64,000 nt of DNA, taken from NCBI GenBank assembly GCA_021432655.1, contig MU271349.1:3442-67441 (forward strand), read 5' to 3'. The notes beneath the pieces were generated by a model. It ran no database searches, was not told where the DNA came from, and was given only the letters and a program-made list of their open reading frames with translations. This DNA comes from Atractiella rhizophila. Lineage: Eukaryota. The translations under genes were made by a program, and so were the position numbers. The number at the start of each line of letters is the position of its first letter. Position 1 is the stretch's first letter. Of this stretch, positions 47,893 to 61,952 are shown one piece after another.

Positions 47893-50800
47893 CTAGAACA
47901 CCTGAGGAAGCGCCGAATTGACATCCTCTCTGAAATACTTGAGAAGCCAATCCGTCCCTTCCCATAAAAAGCTACTTTGCCCCTCTGCATCACCAGTCTG
48001 TTCATTCCCTCCAGCTTCCGCGTATGACGGTAAGAAGGCATCCAAGCCCATTGCGACAGGTTCGGGCTGGGAAAGCCAATTGGGACCCAAGAGCCCCAAA
48101 TCACGAAGTAGCTTCATTCCGTGATCCTCCACATCATCCGTGGCCTTGCCACTGTGAGGTTCCGAATTGAAGTCGTCATCCTCTTCGACCTTTGGCTGAA
48201 CTTTCTGGCTAAGCTTCTTGAGAACGCCGTTGAGCGCTTCCTCAAACGGAGGGAGCGTCTTACTCGTCCGCGCTTGGACTCGATACCCCTCTTCAGCTGC
48301 CAGAAGCTCTTGGATGATAGACAAGGACGAGACAGCAAGACCGCGAGTGAACATGTTGCATTCTTTAACAGACGCCTTGAAGTCCTCCACGCAAGTGTAC
48401 ACTTCTTTCCGTCGCTGTTCCATCTCGGACGCTCGTAGAGGTGTGAAAGGTATCGAATGATTTTCTTCGACGGCGTGGAATAAGTCAACTGTTGGCAGAT
48501 GAATCATAAACAGAATAAACGCTGCAAGGAATGGACGCACTGATAATAACTAGGCTCGAGGCTAGTAGATGAATGGTGAAAAACTCCCATGAGGCCAGCA
48601 TCGAGCTCTCTCCCCTCAACCTCCTATTCTCAATGAAGCTCAACTGCGAGGGTCGAGAAACAAGCCAGCACAGACCTCTGCATAGCAAGAACCATACGTG
48701 CAGCGCACAAGCAAGCGGTTGTTGAAGGCTCGAATTTCGGATCGGTATATCCACGAATGAAGAACGGCCGATGCCTGCACTTAATTCAGTCGCAATCGAC
48801 AGGAAGGCAAACCAGCCCTTACAGTCTCACAATCCTATTGTAAATCTGTTCCGATCCCAATGCACGTTGCACTTTCAGCCTGGAATCTTCCTTCTCTCCT
48901 TCGGGAGGTACATAATCTGGTTGCAATTGTTTAGGTCTGCCGCGAAGCACCATCTGATACTCCTGATCAATTTCAACGACTATGCACGGACGCATCAGAC
49001 TTCTCATTGCAGAATGACCTTGGGAACATACCTTGTTCATACGACATCGAACCTGAAGCAATGGCTTTGAAAATTTTCGCAGAGACTAGTCCTATCCGTA
49101 AGCGCGTCCGATCGAAGCTCAGATCTGTATACACTGAATCATCGTATTCAGGACGGTAGGTGGACGTCGAGGAGAGCTCGTTATCGTTACAATTAAGGGG
49201 GAGGATTACGTCTTTAGTCGCGATGTCGCACCATGGTCCACCTGTTGTATTAGGAAAGATTGATTCAACCTGCACCAAACGCTCAGTGCCCTACGAAACT
49301 ATGCACGGAGGAAAAATCACCCAACGCACCCACATAAAATTCTGAAACACCCAAAGACACATTTCACGCTTTAAGGTGTTGTTCCCAGGCGGTAACCCCT
49401 TTGAATCTTGCGGCATCTTATTCACATCTTGAGCCAATCGGTGGTAACCCAGCTGATAGCACACCCTCGTTCCAGCAGCCGCCCAAATTCTAAACTTCGG
49501 ACCAGATCCTCTCATGCACATACTATCCCAATCACAGTTGATTCAGACGTCTCCCAATATTTAGAAAGATGCACTCACAAAGGGATAAAAAGGGAGAGTG
49601 AGAGCGCCACGAAGTAGGTTGGGTTCTCTGTCCATTTGGCGATTTCCAGACTCATCATGCTCGCACGGTTGTACAAGTCGGGGAGGTAAGCATAATCTTC
49701 TTCGTCTAGGAGTTCGGGAAGCTGCTCGTCTTTGTTGGGAATGTAGCAAATGCTACCGAGGGAGAGAACAGCGGAAAGGATTGCGAGAAAGCCTGGGTCA
49801 ACCTGTATCCAGCATTTTCACCGCTTTGAAGAACCGAACTGCCTGATAGAATAAAAAGGACCTACGTCATCCCTCCAACCTCCGTCCACCAATCTCCAGT
49901 ACTCCTGATACCATTTCTCCCATGAAGGCTTATGAATGAGGTGAAAACACCATGAGAGCCTATCGAAATACCATCCTACAATTCTGTCCATCATCACCTT
50001 ATTGTTAGGGAGAATTCCCCAGATCAGTGTGCGGTATCTCTTCTCCTTATCCGCGTCCATTTTATCGAGAAGCGACAACACTCGACCTCGGCTACCTTCT
50101 CTCTCCCATGCAGGCGGATCTCGCAAAAGAACGCTGGTTCCCTTTCTCGAGGGTGGTCGCACCCGACTTGGCGCTTCTGCGTGCAAGCTCATCGCTGCTC
50201 CAGAAATTTATCTGCAAACAATGTAAAGAAAGGAAGAACAAACCGATGTCCTCCAACGCCTGAGCCGCATCCTCACTTCTCTTCTCTGCCTTTTCAGCTC
50301 GATTCGTGATCGCGACAGTCCTCAGCAGACTGTCCAGTTCGGAAGGCTTGAGAGAAGCTGCCTGTGCAGGAGAAGCGTGGGAGTTCGTCGTCGTTGGTGT
50401 CAATGCTGGCGGGGAACGTTGATGATTGTGAGTCTGGTTATGATGGGATTGCGCTTGTAGCAAAGACTCTAGACGAGCAACGCGGGATTGAAGAATGTGA
50501 ACTGTCGTGTAAAGCATGAGATGACGTCCGGCACAAGCCGAGAGAAGGCGTACAGTCCGTCGCGAGTGCAAACTGCATGTTCGTTCATCCTCCAGATCTA
50601 GGCTGTGATAAACACTCACGGGTTGAGGCGCCACTTCCTTGGAATATAGACTAATGAGCCTGGTGGAAAACTCTGTATTGAAGAGGATGTACGCACCTTC
50701 TTCACATCCTGCGAATCTGCATGAGTAACTGGACATGTATGAAGAACGGACTGACCTCCCAACGACACTTATCGTTGTCTCCTCTCTCTAAAAAAGGGGG

Positions 50801-51423
50801 TTTTAGTGTTAACACAGTCAGAGAGGAAAGGGACAAACTGATGCATGCGACGCAAGGAATTTTTCCTGCTCACAAATCAACTGCAATACTTTGTGCCAAA
50901 CACAAAACGCACTGTCACACTACGAAAGTAAGATTAGCGAGTGAGCTTTGATAAGGAGCCATCCAATTGCGCACCTTGATCTTTCGCCTAAATGCAAGGA
51001 CAACAGTAAGTAACCTTACAATAGTAGGCGAAAACATGGCGAACCGTTTGCATTCCTTTCAACAGAATCGTAAGCAGAGCCTTGACAAATCATCAGGTAC
51101 AACTCACAGAACTATTGATTCGAATACGAAGTTCTGTCAACGTGAGTTGTGGATAACGCAAAACGGACGAACCAACTCAAAGCCTGTCTTTACAAAGCAT
51201 AAATAATAAGTACCTAGATCGACATTAAGAGAGTAAGTATATACCTATTACGCTTCTTCTTATGATCCCCCTCGTCGCCGTCAGCACTCCCCTCGTCTGC
51301 CATGGCTGGGAGTTTCCGCTTTTGTCCCTGCCCAGCCACTTGTGAGATTGACGCTGAAGTGATGTCAGGTACGAAGCCACTGAGAGAGGATGTGTGCAGG
51401 TCATCTAGGAAGGAGTGGTCCAT
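47893..51423 (-). CDS. Zn(II)2Cys6 fungal-specific transcription factor with many micro-exons
   Basis: Spliced KKKRNRQALSCSECKRRKIKCDRKIPCVACIKRGDNDKCRWE, dimerisation coil LQSRVARLESLL, middle region (WYFDRLSWCFHLIHKPSW; LPLNCND). Confidence 0.88.
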
Positions 51424-51740
51424 GATGGAGATGGAGGAGAGGATTATGAGGATGATGCCTAATATTAAATCGGAGCTGCCGTCAGCATAAGCACCGAGCG
51501 GCACACAACGGAGAACGTAAATTAAGCTTCGGGCCATTCAGGTTGTCAGGTAATCATTAAAAGTATTAGATATTAAAAGCTAGCTACCAATAACCAAACA
51601 GAACGATAAACCCTCATCACCAATCAGTCATTAGCCAAATCGCACACAACCACTCTCATCCAAACAGAATCAAATCACAGAGACACAACAGTCCGTTCAT
51701 TCAATCGAAACATGAAATCAATCTATATCGTTCTCTTTCC

Positions 51741-53651
51741 TTACTCGCGAGAGAAGTAACGGAAGAGGTTAGGCAACTTCTTTGGTTCATCTTGGCCACG
51801 CGGAGCAACTTTGGAGGAATCAACGACTTGATGATTAGCGGCAGCCTATTCCATCACAACCAGGCCTCAGTGACAGTGCTTTCTGATGAAAGAGTGGAGA
51901 TATCCTACCACACCCGCCTTCGGGGCCCCATTGACTTTAACGTCGCCATGGACAGGGTGAATCTGAACGTGAACAATATCCTGTGGAATTAACCGAAGAT
52001 GAATACGATACTGCTTGAGCATGAAATGCAAAGACCAGACGCACGTGGTTCCGTTCATCATCTACTCTATCCTTCATAGAGTGGGCATTGTGAGAGACAG
52101 CCTTTCCCAAGAAAGAGTTAGTAAACTCGAAGATCTGGGAGCAAAGGAGAGGCGACGCACTTTGGCTACAGGCTCCGTCACGCCAGGCTGAGCCCCAGGA
52201 AGGACTCTTGAGGAGTCGACTTTATGATGATTTACATCCTGTAGATTCAAGGAACAGATGTAAGGTCTTCGCAAGAAGATTGTGGAGAGAGGGGAGAGGA
52301 CGAACCACCGACGGCCCTTTCTTATTGACTTGAGCTCCAGCTTTAACTGGTCCGGCGCCGATATGAGCAGAAGCAACATCAGGGTGCGAGCTCTTCGAAC
52401 CCTGTTCACAATAGAACTCTTGTTACCTCATCGCATTTACAAACAAATCGGAGGGGAAGGGAAGATTGAAGAAGGACGAACCTTAGAATGACCCCCTCCA
52501 TTGCCATTTTTGCCATCGTGATTCTTTCCGGAGCCATTCTGGTGATCCTTGCTGTCATTACCATGATGATTCTCGCCGTTATCGTGATGATTCTTGCCAC
52601 CGTTATCATGATGATCCTTGCCGTCGTGACCGTTATGATGATTTTGAGAGACGCTGAGGTGGCCGACTTGATCCTTCGCTCCGCCGACCAGGGGATCCTT
52701 CTCCACAGCATGATGGACAGCGGTAATCGGACGATCGAGGTGATTGACTTCCTCCTTCGCACCGTGAGCGATCGGCTGGTCTTCGACAATTCCAGGAATC
52801 TTCTTCACCTTCCCTGGCGCGTCATGAACCTTATCTAAGAGGTGATGACCACCGGAAGCGACGCCATGGACCACAGGTTGCTTCTCCACGTTCCCAGCGA
52901 CGTTCTTCACCTTCTCCCCGACATGATCCACTCGATCCGGAGCGTCATGGAGAGAATCCACGACCCGATCTTTCGCACCCCCACCCACGCCCGCCACCTT
53001 CTTCACCTCATCTTTCGCTCCGTGAGCAATAGGTTCATCTCCGACTCTTCCAACGACTCCTTTCGCTGTCGCCGGAAGATGCGAGACCCGATCCTTCGCT
53101 CCACCTGCAATGCCAATGACCTTCTTCCCCTCGTCGTGCGCACCATGGACAACCGGTTCATCGCCAACGCGTCCAACGGTACCCTTCACCTTCCCGTCAG
53201 CTTGGGAGACATGAGACGGAACTTCATGGACATGATTGACGACCTTCTTCCCCTTGTCCATAGCAGCATGAGCCGCGGGTTCTACTGTCTTGCCGATCTT
53301 TGATCCAGCGACGCCGTCGACTACTCTGTCTTTCGTACCCTTGGCCAGCTCCGCTGCATCATGCTTCTCTCCCTTGGCGAAACCACCGACACGACCCTTC
53401 GTACCCTTCGCGAACTCGCCGGCGGAATGACCCTCGTCCTTCGCGCCATGAACTATCGGTCTCCCATCCACGAATCCGTATCCATGCTCGTTTCCCTTAC
53501 CGTTACCGTGATGCTCGCCCCCGCCGTTGGAATGATGGTTTCCGAGGTGGATGGAGACTGCTGCACCAGCGTCGGGAGAGAGGGGGATAGATTGAGCGGA
53601 TTGAGCAACGAGGAGGACGGCAACGACGTTATAGATAGCTTGAGAACGCAT
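51741..53651 (-). CDS. Secreted His/Gly/Val/Lys-rich repetitive protein, multi-exon
   Basis: Signal-like MRSQAIYNVVAVLLVAQSAQS-IP; ~35-45-aa imperfect repeats (VGDEPxxHGAKDExKKV..GGAKDRV); HHxNxxxx heptads; short downstream exons to TAA at 51741. Confidence 0.7.
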
Positions 53652-55334
53652 GATGCCTGTTCCAACGAAATTAAAACGCTATCAGAATGTCTACCGGAAG
53701 AAGAGTGAGTGAAAAATACGAACTTGATTAGATTGTGAATAAAAGGGATGCTGTCTTATTTTGCTATCCCCATGAAAGCATGATGAGTAAGTTCCCTAAA
53801 GATATAGACGGAAGAACGGCGGAAAGGTTCGGGTAAGTAAGAGACAAGGTGGAAAAGCGAAGAAATGATAAAAAAGAAAAGACAAGAAAGACGCACAGTA
53901 GGAGGGCGTTAGAGAGTCAAGTTGATGGATGATAGACTGAGAGCGATAGAGAGTTTATCGTTTGGTCTGGCTCATCCGAAAAGTTGAATCAATTAATTCT
54001 CGACCTGGAATAAAAAGGTAGAGGGGAGACAATACTCACCAAGGTAGCAGTTCGTAAAGTCGTAAGCGGAGAGGGTGTTCGCAAGAGTCTATTCTAGCAA
54101 AACCATCAGAATCCAGCCCTTCCAAACGCGAACCAGCATGAAACGGGGAAAACAGAGAAAAGATAGAAGGGTAAGAAGTGGCGCTCACCGTAAATCAAAG
54201 CGGTATGAAGGGCATCAACTTGGACGAGGGGAAGGCTTTTATAGCTTTCTTGCCTGAAACCTAAAACCTGTTTACCTCCTCTTCCCGCTCAACTTTCGTT
54301 CCCTTTCCCATTCTTCCCGCCTTGACCAGCACTAGACTATTCTAATCAGGTTAATTAGAATATTACACATCCCGCTTGATCCCAATCGACGAGGACGCGT
54401 CCTATGCTCAAGCCCACCTGAGTTGTGAGCTATACCAGCAACTGATTGCAGCCAAAGGAGTGCGAAAAGGGTGAAAAACGTGCAAAAATCCGACTCGACT
54501 CAACGGTCCACTTCGTGTAGAACAATGTAGAAAACTGTTTAGAACGTTGTGATGCCTTCGTGAGACAATCTCAGCTCGCGAGAAAGAGCCAGCTGGGAAA
54601 CCGGCGTATCGCCGAAAAGGCGCGATCCGCTCACATCAAAGAATCTGAAAAAAGCTGCTTGAACTTAGGGTGGCGAAGGGGGGAGTAGTAACAGGAGCAG
54701 GTCTCCAAGTCGCTCCAAGTGCGAACAGCCTCATTAGTGAAAGGAACTCCACATCCGTGCTGGTCTTGGATTCTCCTTCTTCCAATATTATCAATAAGGC
54801 AAAGGTGAAAAAGAGACCAAAAAAAGAACACATTTGAGCGCCTAGAGGGTTGAGAATCGTTTGAGCTACATATCACTGAAGCACTTCGTACTCTGCTCGG
54901 CGGAGTAAGGAAGGATGGTGCGCTCAGCTCTTGTTTTGTTCGCGAAAGGAGCGAGGAAACCTCCATCAGGGGGTAGATGGACAGAATGGCGCGACAGAAT
55001 TGTCAAAAAGCATGCAAGGACGGACAGATCAATTCTTTTGCTGTCGCATGAGATTATAGTGAGAGCCAATCGAACAAGAAAGAGATTAAGCGCGCTACTA
55101 TTCAGCACCATGGAGGAGAGTAATTAGAGCAGAAAAAGTTATTTCGACAAGCACCGATGCATGTGAAGGACGAACCGAAGGTAATTCGCCCATGGTCGTA
55201 GTACCGTCTCTCGCTCATTTTGCATCCAAACGAAATGGATCAAAAGAAATGGATCAGGGCGAGCAATGCGTCCAAATATGGGACTCGACAATTAAGGGCA
55301 TTGGCTAAGTCTACGACAAGAGGTCCTGTTATAT

Positions 55335-58300
55335 CTACTTGACAACGACAGTGAGCGCGTTCCTGCCGAATCCGGATATCAGTTCTTGTCACCACACCAC
55401 AGACGCGCCGCAATGAACGTGAAGAGGAGTGAGGGACGAACCTGAGCCTGTGCAGCCTGCCAGTCTCCACTTCAACTATCTCCAGTTCCTTCACGGTATG
55501 CGTTCCCGGCCTCAGCGCCAACAAGCGGAGACGGACGGACTGGCATGTGCCTTGAGGCAGTGGACTAGGGCGGCACACAGTCAGTGCGTGCGGCGGAAGC
55601 CAGGAGATAGCAGGTACAGGTACAGGGAACGGAGAAGGGGAAGGTGGAAGAAAGAAAAGCGCACCCAACTCTTGCACCGTTCTCTAGTGGTATGATACCC
55701 GCCTTCCTCGAATCCACCTCCTTAGTCTTCGCGTACAGAACGCCCATCCCACCTGGCCCACTTTCTCCTCCAGCTCTCGAAGAAGCAGCAGCGGCTACCG
55801 CGGCCCTCTTCACATTCTGCACATACCTCCCCCCCTCCCATCGAGTAGGGATCCCCACCGTGAATCTCCTCGTGGTCGGTGAGCGATTGAGGATGAAGAC
55901 CTGAACGAGGAAGACGTCGTGCACTCCTACCGTCTTTCCATTCCCATTCCCATTTCCACTTCCGCCTCCTAACCCCCCACTCCCTCCTCTCCCCATAATG
56001 AAACTCGTAAACGACGCCTCCTCCTCCTCTGCTACCGCCTCCAGCTTCGAATTTGCACCACCCGAGCCCAAGCTGTACGATCTGGGGAATCCCTCGTCCT
56101 GTTCTTCATCGACGGAGCTGACATCCTCGTATTCTCTCAAAGGGATGAGTGAAACAGAAACGAGCAATCCCTCCTCTCCATCCTGGGACTCATCGACTCC
56201 CATTCCCTTCCTTTCGCCCTCCATCCCACCTACAAACCTCAACGGCTCGGGACGTTTCCTGCTCCCTCCACCTCCACTCGTGACAGCCACATTCGCAGGT
56301 GGAACTGCACCACTACCACCGCGCTCGGGTATGCGAGCCAAAGCAGGCGGTCTTCTGACAGAAGGTTGTACGAGATGACCCCTCTCCTTCGGGTTATTGG
56401 GAGGCGGAAAGGCGGGGGTAGGAGGCGGCGGCGCATTCGGGTTTGTGGACAGGGTGGTGGCGAGGTTTGAGGAGGGGTCGAAGGATGCTGACCCTGGAGA
56501 TTCGATCTGAATATGAGAGAAAGAGGCGGGGGAGGTGGTGATCGTTGGTGCAACAGTGACAGGGAAGGAGATCCGTTTGTTCTCTATTGAGGCGCGGGAT
56601 TGATGGTGTTGTCTGGAGAGGGAGGAGAGTCCGGCGATCGTGTGTCGCTTCGAACCCGCGACAATTGTTTTTTGTTGTATATCCCCTCCCCCTGCCGCTG
56701 ATTGATGCGGATGCTGGGAGATGGAAGAAGGAGGGATGGGTGCGGTCGCAGGGGTGGGAGGTGGCGGTCCCCATCCATCAAGGGCAAAGGACCAATGAGT
56801 CTCATATTCCTCCGTGGGATACCTGACCCTCCCTTCCTCTTTCTCTGCTTCTTCTTCTACCTCCTTCTCATCAATAGGAAGGAGCTCATAAGGTGTGCCC
56901 GTGACCATGACGACGACAGCGTCCGTCCTCTCGCCCCTCCTCACCCTAAACAAGAACAAAGCCTCCTCTCCCGTCTTCAGCTTCATGGGCATCAACTCCT
57001 GCACCCCCAATCCATCCGCCTGGGGGATTCTTATACGAGACAACGAGAAGGGGACGAGGGCGGAGATCTCCACGCTGAGGACGAGCGACTCGTCTTCGTC
57101 CGATTCGAGGATGTCCCGACGCTTGGAGGATGAGGACGAGGAAGGGATGAGCGAACGGGAAGGGAGAAGGAGTGGTCGGAGACGGGTGGACAGCGCATGG
57201 GTCAAGGAGTAGGTTTTGAGGAAGGAACGACGGAGGGAGGGGATAGCTTCTGCCTTCTTGGAATGCGAAGACCGGCGTTGGTGCTGGTTTTGGGATGGAG
57301 GAGCAGGGAGCGGTTTACTTGCTTGAGGTTGAGATTTGGATCTGGACCGAGAGAGACGCGACAGCTTGAACCCTGTGTTAGATTTCGCATCTAGACCACC
57401 CAAGAGGTCGATTTCAGCCCAATCATCACCCAACTCATACTCGTCTTCTTCTTCCTCTCCTTCCTTCGACTCTTCCTCTTTGGATTGACCACCCGCCCCC
57501 AAATCCACCTCTTCCGTCTCCACTCCATTGACTCCATTCGTTCTCCTAACCTCAAGTTCACCCTGAGCACTAGGACGCAGAGAGTCATCCCCTCCCTCGT
57601 CTCTAAACACCGTCGTAGCCATCAGTCTAGCGGCGACGTCTTCCGACCCTCCCCTGATCTTCACCACAGGGACATTGCCTTCGAACATCCAGACAGCCCG
57701 TCCATCTCCTACCCACGGTCCAGCCTTCGGTTTAGGCAAGCTCCAAGCGAGCACCCCATTTCCACCTCCCGGAGTCCCTCCTCCTCCTCCTGGTGCTGAA
57801 GTCGAAGGGGAGGTGGAGGGCACGGGGTTCGGAGTGAGAGGCGGACGCTTCCAGCCAGGAGCTGGGGAGGGAGGTGGGAGGGAAGAGGAGCCGTTGAGCG
57901 TGAGACGGAAGGAGGTCGGCGGGGAGTTCGGGGACGAGCTTGAGGGTGAAGATGAGGGTAGGTAGGAAAGCTCGAGGGAGGGATGGATCGAGCGCAGGAA
58001 GGTGGGCGTTGGAGGTGTGGGCGACGTGAGGATTAGGTAGATTGTCAAGTTCTCGTCTGGATCCAATGATTAGTATGTTCCCTACGAGTGTACTCATTCC
58101 TAAACATCATATACTTGATTCGCTAGTCATGATCCATATAGCAATATTCATGGCCGTACAACATGCTCACAGCCATACTAAAATTGATGAAAATTGCTAA
58201 CACCATTGCTGAAAATTCATGGCGGACATTGACGTGGTGAAATGAAGAATAGAACTGACCATAATACAACTGAGACCGCCCACCACTATCCTCTGCATCC

Positions 58301-58410
58301 TGGACGATGGCGCTGACATGGGCAGCATCTGACTGTGCGGCGTGACGTGGGAGAGGCCTCGATGGCACGTGGATAGTGAAGTACGAGTCGAGGAATAACG
58401 CAGATGCCAT
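55335..58410 (-). CDS. TRAPP II complex subunit Trs65-like
   Basis: C-terminal VFLVQVFILNRS...GIIPLENGARVG|PLPQGTCQSVRLRLLALRPGTHTVKELEIVEVETG matches the Trs65/TRAPPC13-type Ig-like tail; exon 1 MASALFLDSYFTIHVP...RSQLYY. Confidence 0.65.
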
Positions 58411-58815
58411 CGTTCTTTGCTGGCTTGAGCTTATTACCGATTTCAAAATGAAATGTTCATTGTCTGCTGCATTGTTCGACGAACAAAGAAATAAGATTCA
58501 AGGGAAGACAAAGACAGTTTGCTGCGCTTTTGAAATGCATTTATACCCAACACAACACCAAGACAGCACAGACAGCCAGTCACAGAAAGCGGGAAGGAAA
58601 GGGCAGACGGTTATACACGATATTTACAGGATATTTACTAACTCGGTAACAACGTTCAACCTAGTTCTGCACGAGGCTGTCCGTCCCTGTCCAAGGCGAG
58701 TCAATGTGCGATACTTGACTACTTTAAAACTACTTCCAAGCCAGCGTTCCCTGTCCAAATTTTATAGCACAACTCTCAGCAGCTCAAATCGACTTCGTTC
58801 AACGTCACGTCGCAC

Positions 58816-61743
58816 ATGAGGACACCTCTCCCAGCACCAGTCGTCGAAAATGGCGTCCGCTATTCCTCCAAACAGAGGGACCTCTATACCATCTTAACGC
58901 GCCAACCCGAGAACTTTTTCTCCAACTCCAAGATCCTCTCCAAGCGTAAATCTCGCACCTTTGATTGGTTCGTCAACACCTTCCTCTTCGGCATGAAGAT
59001 TAAGACTTGGTTCCCCATCATCGCAAAATTTATCTGGATCACCTTCAAGCTAAACCCTTTCAGGTTTAGTATACATCTGTGTGGGAGTTTCATCAGGCGA
59101 GTGGTCCCTCCGTTCGAATGTATGAGCTGCAGTGAATCTGATCGTTGAGTCCAGATCCCTCTCTCCAGCTCTGGCCATTCACTTCAGCTCCAAGCTGATC
59201 ACCCTGGTATCTCCTCTTCTTCGACTCCTGTGATGACGTACTAACATGATAATACCCAAAGACGCAGGCAGCAATCGATAAGCCACAGAGCATCAAAAAG
59301 CGCCAACTCTACTCGACTGCTCTCACCTCCGTCTTCTTCGGCATGCTCGAGACCGTCATCAACAAGCTTCTGGTCTACAACGACGGAGTTCTCGACTTGG
59401 CTTACGAGTGCGTCCTCCCATCTGATCCTACAGAAACTTCCTGCTAGACATCGAATGACAGGTCCATGATCCAATCCCGTCTCCTTGCTGCTCGCGCACG
59501 CTTAGATCTCCCAACTTTAGAGTCTTCCAGCACCACGAAGCTATTCAATTCGGCTAGTGACCTCCTGCACCACCACGAGGCGTTCGGGTTCATGAAGTGT
59601 GTCCCTTCTCATCCCATCGTCCAATAACTCCTCAAAGTGGTGAAACGAAACTGAACGGGTGGGCGGGAACAGGGACCTGATAAAGACAACGATGGACATG
59701 GGCGGTCTCTTCTTCCGCGCCTACCTCCTCACCAACCAACTCGAGCGCTCCAACCTAGACCTCGCATTTATGTCTCTCCTAGGCACTCTCGCCGGCTTTC
59801 TACGCTGGACCTTCCGTGGCGGACCGACCTCTTCCAGTGCTACAATTACCGATCCAGCATACCACCGTTTGCAGAACCTATACAATCTGACGTCCAAGCG
59901 CTCGCTTAGTCGAGAACTCAGACTCTTCAACCTTTATCCTTACATCCAATCTCACCATGCCCAGGCTCAGGAGACTCTGACTGGAATGTCAGCTGCTGAT
60001 CCGAGGAAGAATAGGCTCGGACTATCTGAGACACTTGAGGCGGTCGACATTTTATCGAGGAGCATGGTATATGTTGCCTTTGCACTCAAGGCTATTCAAG
60101 GGAAGGCACATGACTTTGCGAAACTCACGTTGCTCAAGGATAGCGCTGATCAAGTCGCGTATGAGGTGCGTACATTTCTCCATATTTCGAACCCGTCAAA
60201 GAACTGCGATGTTGACGGGGAAGTAGATTTGGGACTTGATCTGGAGGCTCGACGATGTCAAACAGTCCTCAGATTCCATTAAGGACTTTTTCAAATTAGA
60301 CAAGATCAGGCCTAAGCTGGTCGAGCCCGAGGTCCCACAGGAGTACAAACGGATAGAGAACCAAGGAAGAAGGGGGATGAAGATTGAATTCCGGTCCGTC
60401 CTCCACTCTAACCGCCTTATATCTTGTACAGCATGGCAGACTAAGCTTCGTCTATACAATTATAGGGACGTCGTGTTCGGATACCCATCCACATCTAAGA
60501 AAGCCTTGAACGGCACTTCCTTCACCATCCAAGCTGGCGAGACGGTCTGCGTCGCAGGCTATAACGGAGCGGGGAAGTCGACAATCATCAACCTGATCAC
60601 TCGTCTCTACGATCCAAGCAGCGGCACCGTGCTGATAAATGACGTTGACATCCGGGAATACAGCTCTTTCGAGCTCCGCGAACACATGATGGTTCTCCTC
60701 CAAGACGGCGAACGGTACGACATGTCCCTGGCCGAGTGGATAGGCCTGGGTAATCCCTCAACGCTGGATATCAATTCAAAAGAGAAGCGAGAACGTGTTG
60801 AGGAGGCCATTGTCACGGCTGACGCGAAGGAAGTCGTGGAGAAACTCCCAAAAAAAGCCGATTCCATCCTTGGCCCGACTCCTATCAACCATTCCGCAGA
60901 TTCATTCCAGAAAGAGCATGTCTTTCCTTCCTTCCTTTACATCAGCCATGCCTGACCAGAGTTCCCGTAGATGCATCCAGTACGATCTGCTGACATATGA
61001 GCTCGAGGTGGAAGAGGAAAATGGAGAAGAGGTTGAGAGCGATTCAGATAGCGAGTCAGGTTCAGATGGTGGAGATGGAGATGGAGATAAAAAGAAGGAA
61101 GAGAAGGGAGAGAAGGGAGAGAAGGGAGAGAAGGAAGAGAAGGAAGAGAAGGAAGAGAAGGAAGAGAAGAAGGTGGTGGTGGTGGTGGAGAAGGTGGACG
61201 AACCGATCGAGAAGCGAGAAAAGAGGGAATTGAAGCGGAAACGGAAAGCGCTCAAAGTAGCTATGGACAATCTCCGGAACCCCCCCTCATTTTCTGGAGG
61301 TCAGTTCACCTCTTGCCTATTCTTATCGATATATGGCTGAACATCGATGTAGGGGAGTGGCAAAAACTCTCCATCGCTCGCTCCTTCATGCGTTCGACCG
61401 ATCTATGTATCTTCGACGAAGTTTCTAGCGCTTTAGATCCCTTAGCTGAGAGCAAGATCTTTGATGAGATCTTTCGGCAACGCGGCAAACAGACCACGAT
61501 CTACATCACTCATAGAATGCACTCTGCACCTAAAGCTGATCGGATCATCATGCTCTCCGAGGGCAAGGTCGGTTTCTTCTCCCTAGTGTGAAGCAGCATC
61601 ACTGATCTAATCGTGTCACGCCGTAGACTGTTGAGACTGGGACCCATGAGCAACTCATGAGGCTCAATGGGAAATATGCCGAGATGTTCAAGGTTCAGGC
61701 AGATGCGTTCAAGGATGAAGAGAAGCAACGGCTGCCAAACTAA
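58816..61743 (+). CDS. ABC transporter, half-size TMD-NBD type, multi-exon
   Basis: Walker A GYNGAGKST, RLYDPSSG, Q-loop LLQD, signature FSG|GEWQKLSIARSFMR, Walker B CIFDE, D-loop SALD, H-loop ITHR. Confidence 0.9.
61098..61192 (+). repeat. Coding minisatellite (GAGAAGGRA) x~7 followed by (GTG)6
   Basis: Encodes EKG/EKE repeats and a poly-Val run inside the ABC NBD insertion. Confidence 0.85.
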
Positions 61744-61952
61744 ATTCATAAAGTCGCATATACATCATCGCCATCCGCATATGTAAATAATAGAAGTGGC
61801 ATCTTGACTTAGATCTGTACTAGATTATACAGCATGTAGACAGCAATCGCAAGGCAGCGCATTGAGGTGACAAGAGCCTTTTATTGCATGGTGCATAACA
61901 AAGGTAAAAGAGAGGGATAGGACATAAAGAAATGGCATAGCACCCCGAGCGT

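Noticed and set aside
52406..53708. Met/Ile-rich alternative-frame and antisense ORFs
   Set aside because: By-products of the repetitive His-rich coding sequence.
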